Sequence record: PX136376.1
Reading direction: 5' to 3' (one strand)
DNA from: a phage
Length of the DNA stretch: 44,388 nt
A program made the translations under genes and the position numbers. Below are positions 1 through 7,709 of the stretch, piece after piece. Every line of letters begins with the position of its first letter. Positions within the stretch are counted from its first letter, which is position 1. The notes under the pieces are model-generated. The model was not told where the DNA came from. It ran no database searches and saw only the letters and a program-made list of their open reading frames with translations.

Positions 1-561
1 ATGCAAGGGGATTCTATGAAGCTGAAACTTAAGCAGCCATCGCCAGAGGTGGTGCAAGCTGCACATGAAGAAGCTGTTAGCGCAAACCGTCGCCGTAAAC
101 GACCGCGCGGTAAACAGAGCCTTTATCAATCATCCCGTAATTCTGCGGCATTGTGGGACCCGGACTACTGTGACGCGTTAATCGAGTTCTTCGACCGCAC
201 GTCGTGGGAGCTTGTGCCAACGTCTAAGGGTGATGAACGCCCACTGATTCAGGATAAGCCGCCGTCACTGGCCCGCTTCGCCTTACACATCGGCGTCACT
301 ATCCCTATTATTAAGCTTTGGCTGCGTGAGATTCCCGCATTTGCAGAAGCCTGGGAGACAGCACAGGCGCTGGAAGAGGCATACTTCACTGAGACAGGGG
401 CTGCGGGCATCTCGGCTACGTTTGCCGCGGCTAAACTGGGCCTCAGCAAAGAGAAACCGGTTGCATCCACCGAAGAACCAGCACCGACTGAGATTGTTTT
501 CAGTGTTGCGGAGCCTGTAGGTAAAATCGTAACAACGAACATGGGTGAGGTAGAGGAATGA
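1..561 (+). CDS. putative terminase small subunit
   Basis: 186-aa ORF ending 4 nt inside the start of the terminase large subunit; position-based call, no diagnostic motif recognised; true start uncertain (window begins at this ATG). Confidence 0.4.
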   Translation: MQGDSMKLKLKQPSPEVVQAAHEEAVSANRRRKRPRGKQSLYQSSRNSAALWDPDYCDALIEFFDRTSWELVPTSKGDERPLIQDKPPSLARFALHIGVTIPIIKLWLREIPAFAEAWETAQALEEAYFTETGAAGISATFAAAKLGLSKEKPVASTEEPAPTEIVFSVAEPVGKIVTTNMGEVEE

Positions 562-1808
562 GTATTCAGCTATCCGCACCACAGGCACTGTTCCTGAATT
601 GCGATAACAAATACAAGGCCTATGTCGGAGGCTTCGGTAGCGGCAAGACATTTGTCGGCTGTCTCGACCTGCTTACGTTCATGCTCCGGAACCCGGGTAC
701 CCGCCTGGGCTACTTCGGCCCCACCTACCCGGCTATCCGCGACATCTTCTACCCGACATTCGAGGAAGCGGCTAACCTCCTCGGCCTCGATGTGCTGGTT
801 AAATCTGGCGACAAAGAAGTCGTGGTCACTCGCGGTAAGACGGTGCTCGGAACTGTTATCTGCCGCTCGATGGATAACCCCGGCTCGATAGTCGGCTTCA
901 AAATCGCGGCTGCGGTCGTGGATGAGCTGGACGTATTGAGCCGTGAGAAAGCCGAGCTGGCGTGGAACAAAATCGTAGCCCGCATGCGTCTGGTTATCCC
1001 GGGGGTAATTAACCACATCTCCGTCACCACGACTCCGGAAGGGTTCAAGTTCGTTTACGCCAAGTTCAAGGAGAACCCGACGCCGAGTTACTCAATGGTG
1101 CAGGCGTCCACTCACGAGAACGCCAGATTCCTGCCGCCGGATTACATTAGCTCGCTGACTGAGACTTACCCGGCGCAACTGATTAACGCGTATCTGAACG
1201 GTGAGTTTGTCAACCTGACATCCGGAAGCGTGTATTACGCATACGACCGACGCAAGCACCGCAGCAAAGAGACAATTCAACCGGGCGACACGCTGTACAT
1301 CGGGCAGGACTTCAACGTTACGAAGAACGCCAGCGCCGTGTATGTGCAGCGTAAAGATGGATGGCACGCGGTTGCAGAACTGAAGGGCCTGTTCGATACG
1401 CCGGACACCGTGCGCGTAATTACCGAGAAGTGGAAGTCACAAGGCCACCGCATCGTCGTTTACCCCGACGCTAGCGGCAAGAACCGTAAGACAAACTCGG
1501 CGTCAATCTCTGATATTGCATTACTCCAGCAGGCGGGTTTCGATGTTCGCGCTAAATCAGCCAACCCCCCGGTTAAAGACCGCGTTTTAGCCGTGAACAC
1601 CGCGCTGGAAAAAGGTAAGCTGTGGGTTAATGACCACTTATGTCCTGAGATAGCCAAGACGCTGGAACAGCAGGCATACGACGATAACGGAGAGCCGGCT
1701 AAAGACGGCGTCATTGACCATATGGCTGATGCTCTCGGCTATCCTGTAGTTTATGAGATGCCGGTGGTTAAACCAGTAATCAACATCCCGGTGACTTTCG
1801 CACTTTAA
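558..1808 (+). CDS. terminase large subunit
   Basis: 416 aa; Walker A-like GGFGSGKT near N-terminus; RBS gaggtagagg before ATG; canonical position upstream of portal. Confidence 0.85.
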   Translation: MSIQLSAPQALFLNCDNKYKAYVGGFGSGKTFVGCLDLLTFMLRNPGTRLGYFGPTYPAIRDIFYPTFEEAANLLGLDVLVKSGDKEVVVTRGKTVLGTVICRSMDNPGSIVGFKIAAAVVDELDVLSREKAELAWNKIVARMRLVIPGVINHISVTTTPEGFKFVYAKFKENPTPSYSMVQASTHENARFLPPDYISSLTETYPAQLINAYLNGEFVNLTSGSVYYAYDRRKHRSKETIQPGDTLYIGQDFNVTKNASAVYVQRKDGWHAVAELKGLFDTPDTVRVITEKWKSQGHRIVVYPDASGKNRKTNSASISDIALLQQAGFDVRAKSANPPVKDRVLAVNTALEKGKLWVNDHLCPEIAKTLEQQAYDDNGEPAKDGVIDHMADALGYPVVYEMPVVKPVINIPVTFAL

Positions 1809-1820
1809 GAGGATTATTAA

Positions 1821-3293
1821 ATGTTAACTATGAACGGTCAGAATCAGGGTGTTAAGACAAAACACCGGGAATGGCTGCATCACTTCGATAAATGGCAGAA
1901 GGTACGCCACGCGCTGGAAGGCGACCTTATTCGCTATCTGCGCAACGTCGGGAAGAACGAACCTGACCCGACCTACGCAGCCCAGCGCCAGGAAGAATAC
2001 GAGAACGGTGCTATCTGTTACAACTTCACTAAACGTACCCTGGCGGGGATGACGGGGTCAGTGATGCGCAAAGACCCTGAGCAGATTATCCCGCCTGAAC
2101 TTGAGTACCTGTTGCACAACGCTGACGGTTCGGGTGTAGGGCTGTGGCAGCACGCGCAGGATACGTTAATGGAGATTGACTCGATAGGACGCGGTGGGTT
2201 GCTGGTGGATGCCCCGGAAACAGCCGCAGCAACGGCGGCAGAGCAGAACGCGGGATTATTAAACCCGGTAATCGCATTCTATACCGCGGAGAACATTATC
2301 AACTGGAGACTCACCCGCATCGGTTCAGTGAACCGCGTGACGATGGTTGTATTGCGTGAGGCATGGGAATACTCGGAACCAGGCACTGAGTTTGAAACAA
2401 AATTCGGCGAGCAATACCGCGTCCTTGACCTGATTGATGGGCGCTACCGCCAGCGCATTTACCGCTTCGATGCAGAAGGTGGCGCACAGGGTGACGTAAA
2501 ACAAATCTTCCCGGAACTTGGCGGGCAATTGCGCGGTAAAATCCCGTTCACGTTTATTGGGGCAAGCAACAACGATGCGACCATCGACGACGCCCCTTTG
2601 CTACCGTTAGCTGAGCTTAATATCGGACATTTCCGCAACAGCGCAGACAATGAGGAATCCAGCTTCGTCGTGGGCCAACCCACTCTGTTCATCGCCCCCG
2701 GTGAGAACATGAGCATGGAGCAGTGGGCAGAAGCCAACCCACACGGCGTGCGCATGGGGTCGCGTTCAGGCCATAACATCGGTTACGGCGGAAACGCGTT
2801 CCTGGTCCAGGCGGGGGAAAACAACCTCGCCAAACAGAACATGCTGGATAAAGAGAATCAGGCAATCCAGATTGGCGCGCAGCTTATCACCCCGACGCAG
2901 CAAATCACCGCTGAATCGGCCCGTCTGCAACGCGGCGCTGATACGTCTGTTATGGCGACAATCGCACGTAACGTAAGCATGGCGTATACCGATGCGTTGC
3001 GCTGGGTAGCTGCGATGCTTGGGCTGCGTGAAGGCACAGAGGTTGAGTTCAAGCTGAATATGGAGTTCTTCCTGCAACCGATGACAGCTCAGGACCGCGC
3101 TCAGTGGATGGCGGATATTAACGCGGGCCTGTTACCCGCAACTGCTTACTATGCTGCGTTGCGCAAGGCGGGTGTAACTGACTGGACCGACGAGGACATT
3201 CAGACCGCTATCGAAGATGCACCGTTGCCATTAGGTACTGTTACTCAGGTGGCGGGGGAGATTCCTCCGTCGGCGCAGCAGCAACAGGAGTAA
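1821..3293 (+). CDS. portal protein
   Basis: 490 aa directly after terminase large subunit; RBS aagagga; size and position typical of portal; no motif-level confirmation. Confidence 0.7.
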   Translation: MLTMNGQNQGVKTKHREWLHHFDKWQKVRHALEGDLIRYLRNVGKNEPDPTYAAQRQEEYENGAICYNFTKRTLAGMTGSVMRKDPEQIIPPELEYLLHNADGSGVGLWQHAQDTLMEIDSIGRGGLLVDAPETAAATAAEQNAGLLNPVIAFYTAENIINWRLTRIGSVNRVTMVVLREAWEYSEPGTEFETKFGEQYRVLDLIDGRYRQRIYRFDAEGGAQGDVKQIFPELGGQLRGKIPFTFIGASNNDATIDDAPLLPLAELNIGHFRNSADNEESSFVVGQPTLFIAPGENMSMEQWAEANPHGVRMGSRSGHNIGYGGNAFLVQAGENNLAKQNMLDKENQAIQIGAQLITPTQQITAESARLQRGADTSVMATIARNVSMAYTDALRWVAAMLGLREGTEVEFKLNMEFFLQPMTAQDRAQWMADINAGLLPATAYYAALRKAGVTDWTDEDIQTAIEDAPLPLGTVTQVAGEIPPSAQQQQE

Positions 3294-3296
3294 AGA

Positions 3297-3325
3297 AAAA
3301 GGCCCCTTACAGGGCCTTAGTTTTA
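3297..3325. terminator. bidirectional rho-independent terminator (family copy 1)
   Basis: inverted repeat AAGGCCC/GGGCCTT with A-tract upstream and T-rich tract downstream, between convergent genes; stronger reading on minus strand. Confidence 0.55.
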
Positions 3326-3844
3326 TTTAACTCGCGCAGGCATTAACACCATAAATGCTGTATTTGAAAATGATATTTTACATCCTCTTGTTTGGTCCTG
3401 GAAATCGAAACGGGCAAATTCATTTTTGTATGCCTTAGAAATCTTGTACGCGTCCGCCAAATAGCGCAGAGTGAACCCTATGCTATCTACAGCACCTGGA
3501 GTAATGCGCGCCACGCGTCGCCAGTCAGGAAATTTTCCGTCTACAACATCAACCGGAAGGGTACATATAAGCGCACGACTATCGTCATAGAAAGAAACAT
3601 TGCCGTTGTCGTGGTCTACCTCAGCGTAGTTAAATTTAGAAGGCTCCCTCCCTTTGATGTCTATGAGAACTCCCGTTTCAACGTTTGTCTTCACATTGTC
3701 GCAGAACAATCTATGGCCATCCGTAGAAACTATCAATCCTTCAGGGTCTATGTAAAAAGCGTTAAAATAGTAGCGCACATCATTTTTAGCCCTGCAGATT
3801 TTCGCCCCTACATACGCGGGGAAAGTAATTACTGTAGTAACCAT
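3323..3844 (-). CDS. beta sliding clamp (DnaN)-like protein lacking clamp domain I
   Basis: 173 aa; motifs DVRYYFNA, LIVSTDGHRLF, VDGKFPDWRRV and C-terminal FMVLMPARVK resemble E. coli DnaN domain II/III motifs (recalled from memory); AGGAG RBS 8 nt before ATG; own promoter element upstream. Confidence 0.7.
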   Translation of the reverse strand: MVTTVITFPAYVGAKICRAKNDVRYYFNAFYIDPEGLIVSTDGHRLFCDNVKTNVETGVLIDIKGREPSKFNYAEVDHDNGNVSFYDDSRALICTLPVDVVDGKFPDWRRVARITPGAVDSIGFTLRYLADAYKISKAYKNEFARFDFQDQTRGCKISFSNTAFMVLMPARVK

Positions 3845-3863
3845 TTTTCATCTCCTGTTTAAG

Positions 3864-3900
3864 TTAACTGAATAGTACCCTATTATATTGGTGTCTGCAA
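3864..3900 (-). promoter_or_regulatory. conserved promoter/operator element, class 1 copy 1 (overlapping divergent sigma70-like promoters)
   Basis: minus-strand reading TTGCAG-N17-TACTAT toward the DnaN-like gene; plus-strand reading TTAACT-N17-TATATT toward head morphogenesis gene; central palindrome TAATAG-ggta-CTATTC. Confidence 0.5.
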
Positions 3901-3944
3901 ATATTATTTTTATGCGTTACACTGTCGATACTACAGGAGGGCTT

Positions 3945-4988
3945 ATGAGCTTACTTACATCCCTAATCAGCCACCAGATATGGCTACAACGCGCCGCATC
4001 CGGTGAAGTGAAAGACCTCACACCGTTCATTCAGGAAATGCGGGACGAAATCAAACGACAGGTGCTGTTATTCGGCGACGATGGGCGAAGCACTGCGCGA
4101 CTGAATAAACTGTTACGCGACCTCGAAGAGGCACTAACCGGGCTTACCGATGACTGGCAGACAAAGCTGACAGAAGACCTTAAGGAGCTGGCGGCGTATG
4201 AGGCTGAGTGGAACGTAAAGACGCTGACGGCTAACGTTAACGCGGAATTTGTTACACCTACCGCAGAACAGGTGTTGGCCGCTGCCGAGTTTCAGCCTCT
4301 GTCACTAAGGGACAAGCCGGTTGATTTCACTAAGCTGGTGGATGGCTGGGGTGAAACGGAGGTCGCGCGCCTGGTAACCGGCGTTAAGATGGGTTTTGTG
4401 CAAGGCCAGACAACACGGCAGATTATTAAGAATGTTGTTGGTGCCGGTGGGCTGGCGGACATCTCTGAGCGTAACGCAGCTACCGTAATCCGCACTGCGC
4501 TGTCCCACGTATCCAACGAAGCACGTAACGAGACGTATCGCCAGAACGACGACATTATCGAGAAGTACGAGTGGGTGTCAACGCTGGACAGCCGCACCAG
4601 TACGATTTGCAGGGCCAGAGACGGAATGACGTGGGAAATCGGTAAGGGCCCGATGCCGCCAGCGCATCCAAATTGTCGAAGTACCACAGCCCCGGTGATA
4701 AGTTCCGAGTTCGACTTCCTGGACGTAGGAGCTAAACGCGCGGCTAAAGGCGCAGACGGCGGTACCCAGGTAAGCGCGGACACCACCTATTACGAGTTCC
4801 TGAAACAACAACCAGCGTGGTTTCAGGATGAAGCGCTCGGCCCGGTGCGGGGTAAGATTTTCCGTAACAGTGGTATAACGCCGGAAGAGTTTCGCGTAAT
4901 ATCTGTAGATGGTTTCGGGAACCCGCTCACGCTTAAGCAGATGGCGGAACTCGATAAACGTGTTGCTGATTATCTGAAAGGGGAATAA
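3945..4988 (+). CDS. head morphogenesis protein (Mu F / SPP1 gp7-like minor head protein)
   Basis: C-terminal region contains HPNCRS motif typical of the Mu-F family; RBS acaggaggg before ATG at 3945 (ORF track frame opens at 3888); follows portal. Confidence 0.7.
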   Translation: MSLLTSLISHQIWLQRAASGEVKDLTPFIQEMRDEIKRQVLLFGDDGRSTARLNKLLRDLEEALTGLTDDWQTKLTEDLKELAAYEAEWNVKTLTANVNAEFVTPTAEQVLAAAEFQPLSLRDKPVDFTKLVDGWGETEVARLVTGVKMGFVQGQTTRQIIKNVVGAGGLADISERNAATVIRTALSHVSNEARNETYRQNDDIIEKYEWVSTLDSRTSTICRARDGMTWEIGKGPMPPAHPNCRSTTAPVISSEFDFLDVGAKRAAKGADGGTQVSADTTYYEFLKQQPAWFQDEALGPVRGKIFRNSGITPEEFRVISVDGFGNPLTLKQMAELDKRVADYLKGE

Positions 4989-5449
4989 TGATGGGCTTTT
5001 TCAAAGTAACTGATGTACCGTCGCGTCGCGTAGTCCAGTACGCCCGTGTGTCTGGCTCTGGCGAGAACGTGGTATTTATTGAAAATGAAAGTGTACTCGG
5101 TACACCAGTAGACGATATGCCGTTTGCTGATAAAACCGGTATTGCACTACCGGCGGCGGGTATGCTTTATGAAATTCCGTATCTGGCTGATGCTGGTGAT
5201 GTGTATTTCTCGGTGCAACCGAAAGACACGGAACTGGCAGACGGCAGCGCAACTATCACTGTCGAAGTTAAGGCGGGTAAAGCGCCGTATGCGCTGACCT
5301 GGTACAAAGACGGCAAGGAAGTGGTCAACGCCCCTGAAGAAGCTTTGTCTCTGACGGTTAACGCGGTGGGTGAATACTTCGTTAAAGTCACCGATGCCGA
5401 TGGGGTAGAGGCCGTCAGTAAAGCTGCGAAGGTTACTAAGCCGGAATGA
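4988..5449 (+). CDS. Ig-like domain protein (possible capsid accessory/decoration protein)
   Basis: 153 aa; beta-rich segment ...ALTWYKDGKEV...EYFVKVTDADG resembling an Ig-like fold; start overlaps preceding stop. Confidence 0.5.
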   Translation: MMGFFKVTDVPSRRVVQYARVSGSGENVVFIENESVLGTPVDDMPFADKTGIALPAAGMLYEIPYLADAGDVYFSVQPKDTELADGSATITVEVKAGKAPYALTWYKDGKEVVNAPEEALSLTVNAVGEYFVKVTDADGVEAVSKAAKVTKPE

Positions 5450-5519
5450 TAAAAAGCCGGAATGATAAAAAGCCGGAATGATAAAAAGCCGGAATGATAA
5501 AAAGCCGGAATGATAAAAA
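5440..5519. repeat. perfect tandem repeat, 5 copies of 16-bp unit GCCGGAATGATAAAAA
   Basis: read directly; first unit contains the stop codon of the 4988..5449 CDS; array abuts a terminator hairpin. Confidence 0.95.
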
Positions 5520-5545
5520 GCCCCGCTATGGGGCTTTATTTTTAT
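5515..5545 (+). terminator. rho-independent terminator
   Basis: stem AAAGCCCC/GGGGCTTT with loop GCTAT followed by TTTATTTTT. Confidence 0.65.
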
Positions 5546-5609
5546 ATGAACATCGCGGTGATAGCCGCAGCCGATACCCACAAAACAAAATAAAACATCA
5601 CACTATTTG

Positions 5610-5954
5610 TCATTTGCATTTCTCGTCGTATGTTTGTTGTAACTGCGACAGACGATTACCGGCTGTCATCTCGTCCATAGAAGGCCCGGCGCCCGTGTCC
5701 ATAAAGAACAGCGGAACAATCAGGAATGCGCCTGTAACACCGAGTACAACGTTAGTACCTATTTGCTTATTAACACGGTGCGTAGCGTTGGCTTGAGCTT
5801 GTTTTGTCGTGGCGATTCTCGATAGTAACTGATTACATGTTGCCGTTGTATCCCCTGCCTGATAAACCTGTAAAGCCGGGTCTGGCAACGACCTTACGCA
5901 ACCACTCAAACAAACGGCTACAACACCTGCTACTGCTAATTTAATATATTTCAT
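5610..5954 (-). CDS. lipoprotein (candidate superinfection-exclusion or envelope-modifying protein)
   Basis: 114 aa; signal peptide with lipobox LSGC (MKYIKLAVAGVVAVCLSGC); later hydrophobic stretch VVLGVTGAFLIVPLFF; antisense to structural operon. Confidence 0.65.
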   Translation of the reverse strand: MKYIKLAVAGVVAVCLSGCVRSLPDPALQVYQAGDTTATCNQLLSRIATTKQAQANATHRVNKQIGTNVVLGVTGAFLIVPLFFMDTGAGPSMDEMTAGNRLSQLQQTYDEKCK

Positions 5955-6052
5955 AGTTCACCATTACCCGTGTCAATGTCACCAATACCGCTACAAGCCC
6001 AAAGAAACATCACCGCATCAACTGCAATTACTACTGAAATAACGACTAACAT
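5951..6052 (-). CDS. small hydrophobic membrane peptide (33 aa)
   Basis: MLVVISVVIAVDAVMFLWACSGIGDIDTGNGEL; GGAGG RBS 5 nt upstream; stop overlaps lipoprotein start (ATGA); below ORF-track size cutoff. Confidence 0.45.
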   Translation of the reverse strand: MLVVISVVIAVDAVMFLWACSGIGDIDTGNGEL

Positions 6053-6077
6053 GACGGCCTCCCCGGTTCGATAGAAT

Positions 6078-6108
6078 GAATAGTACCCTATTATATTGGG
6101 GTGTGCAA
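6078..6108 (-). promoter_or_regulatory. conserved promoter/operator element, class 1 copy 2
   Basis: GAATAGTACCCTATTATATTGGGGTGTGCAA, identical to copy at 14882-14912; minus-strand TTGCAC-N17-TACTAT upstream of peptide-lipoprotein pair. Confidence 0.5.
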
Positions 6109-6174
6109 ACTATTTATTTACCTATTCCAGTTATTCCTCTCAATTGTAAATGTTGGAATAAACTATTCGAATAG

Positions 6175-6203
6175 TTGACTTTTCACTAAAAATGTGCTAA
6201 GCT
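6175..6203 (+). promoter_or_regulatory. putative sigma70-like promoter
   Basis: TTGACT-N17-TAAGCT; downstream ~200 nt have no convincing ORF and end in a GC hairpin at 6384-6403. Confidence 0.3.
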
Positions 6204-6427
6204 CCACCTGAGCTTGTGAAGTATGAACAAGCGACCGCGGCGCGGGCAGGTAACGGAGCGGGACGTAAGTCCTGAGTGTAGTTACGCTGACGCGTTCGGA
6301 AGGGCCATACTCTATTGCTTGTGTAAAAAGTAACTGGTTTACTGAGATTACGCCGTTTCTATGTTTAAATGATAAGGACTAGCGCCCCGCTTTATGGCGG
6401 GGCTTTACTTATCGAGAAAGGGGAAAC

Positions 6428-6814
6428 ATGAATCTTAAAGCAACTGTCGTAGCAGGAGCATGTTTCATCATCCTGGTTTACGCACACGGCATCTACCAGT
6501 ATCGCAGCGGATGGAACGAAGGCCGGGCTAATCTCGTTTCGCAGCAACAGCAGAAAGCACAGGCTGAGTTAGCGAAGAAAACACAACGGCAGCAGCAGGA
6601 TGAATCGAAGGCCGCCGCCGCTGACAACGAAGGCAAGACGAAATCAGAGGTGATTACCCGTGAAGTCGTTAAGTACATTAAAACGCCTGGTCGCAGCGTG
6701 TGCACTTTTGACCCTGAGCGCGTGCAGCTCAAGTCCCGCGCCGTCGCCAACGCCAATTCCATCCCCGGATACGACGATGATGCAGCCGCCGTGCAAACTG
6801 GCGCAGCCAAGTAG
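6428..6814 (+). CDS. i-spanin (Rz-like)
   Basis: 128 aa; N-terminal TM helix (TVVAGACFIILVYAHGIY) then charged Q/A/E/K-rich periplasmic region; contains embedded +1-frame lipoprotein gene. Confidence 0.7.
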   Translation: MNLKATVVAGACFIILVYAHGIYQYRSGWNEGRANLVSQQQQKAQAELAKKTQRQQQDESKAAAADNEGKTKSEVITREVVKYIKTPGRSVCTFDPERVQLKSRAVANANSIPGYDDDAAAVQTGAAK

Positions 6815-6923
6815 CGACGCTGATGAGGATTTGGCCGTCGACGTTCAGAATGCTGAATGCGTACGGCAACTGAGACTGAAAGTGTTCATGTTGCAGGATT
6901 ACGTGAGGAATATTCTGGAATAG
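6660..6923 (+). CDS. o-spanin (Rz1-like lipoprotein), overlapped architecture
   Basis: 87 aa in +1 frame overlapping the 3' end of the i-spanin; lipobox LSAC; proline-rich mature region (SPAPSPTPIPSP); GTG start inferred. Confidence 0.65.
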   Translation: MKSLSTLKRLVAACALLTLSACSSSPAPSPTPIPSPDTTMMQPPCKLAQPSSDADEDLAVDVQNAECVRQLRLKVFMLQDYVRNILE

Positions 6924-7005
6924 TTGCCTTGCATGTTGGAATAATTTATTCTTGACATGTAAATCCGGGTGGCCCGGATTCCAACGTCCAGGGGACATAC
7001 TGACT

Positions 7006-7707
7006 ATGAATCGTTTTTTACGTTATCCGTTCCAGGAAGAAGCTGGAGCAGAAGATAAAGCTGGTGGCGGTGACGCTCCTAAAATGTTCACCGCTGAAGA
7101 AGTTCAGGCGCTGATTGAGAAAGAAGTTGCCGGGCTTAAGGCTAATCAGGAAGCATTGTTGGCGGAGAAGAAAGAAGCCGCTCGCAAAGCAAAAGAGGCC
7201 GAAGAAGAACGGCAGCGCGCGCACCAGGAGGCGTTAAAAGCCGCTGGTAAGATGGATGAGTTCGAAAAGACGATTCGTAGCCAGTACGACCCTGTGTTAG
7301 CCGAGAAAGACGGTCGCATCTCCAGAATGGCAGAGCGTATCCTCGGCAGCGAACGTAAAGCGGTGCTAGGCTCTTTCGCGGGTGACTTTATTACCCCAGA
7401 AGCAGTGGACATTCTTGCGCCGTTCGTTAAGACTGAGTTCGAAGGCGATGATGTGGTTACTAAGTTTGTTGGTGCAGACGGTAACGTAATCACGACTGAC
7501 CCGGAACAGTTCCGCAAATACCTGCGCGAACACAAGGCGTTTTCGCATTTGATCAAAGCAAATGCAGCTTCCGGCGGCGGGGCTTCCGGTAGCAAAGGCG
7601 GCGGGGCCGCACCAGCGTTTAAAGACATGAGTGAAGCAGAGCGTTTAGCCCTGTATAAATCGAACCCTGCCGAATTTGAACGGCAACTTAAAGCCCTGAG
7701 GAAATAA
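7006..7707 (+). CDS. putative scaffolding protein
   Basis: charged Ala/Glu/Lys-rich predicted coiled coil immediately upstream of major capsid gene; ATG at 7006 chosen within ORF opening at 6952. Confidence 0.55.
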   Translation: MNRFLRYPFQEEAGAEDKAGGGDAPKMFTAEEVQALIEKEVAGLKANQEALLAEKKEAARKAKEAEEERQRAHQEALKAAGKMDEFEKTIRSQYDPVLAEKDGRISRMAERILGSERKAVLGSFAGDFITPEAVDILAPFVKTEFEGDDVVTKFVGADGNVITTDPEQFRKYLREHKAFSHLIKANAASGGGASGSKGGGAAPAFKDMSEAERLALYKSNPAEFERQLKALRK

Positions 7708-7709
7708 TA

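Noticed and set aside
3392-3862. 156-aa plus-strand ORF antisense to the DnaN-like gene
   Set aside because: Opposite-strand frame is supported by RBS, promoter and DnaN-like motifs; the plus-strand ORF is AT-rich, lacks an RBS and has a low-complexity product.
5440-5519. Possible CRISPR array
   Set aside because: Units are directly adjacent with no spacers, only 16 bp long, and there are no cas genes; it is a simple tandem repeat.
5147-5581. 144-aa minus-strand ORF spanning the 16-bp tandem repeat
   Set aside because: Reading frame is an artefact of the repeat (repetitive peptide FYHSGFLSFRL twice) and overlaps the Ig-like gene and terminator.
6210-6410. Possible tRNA gene in the untranslated stretch
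   Set aside because: No cloverleaf-compatible arms and no T-loop GTTCRA-type motif could be found by eye.
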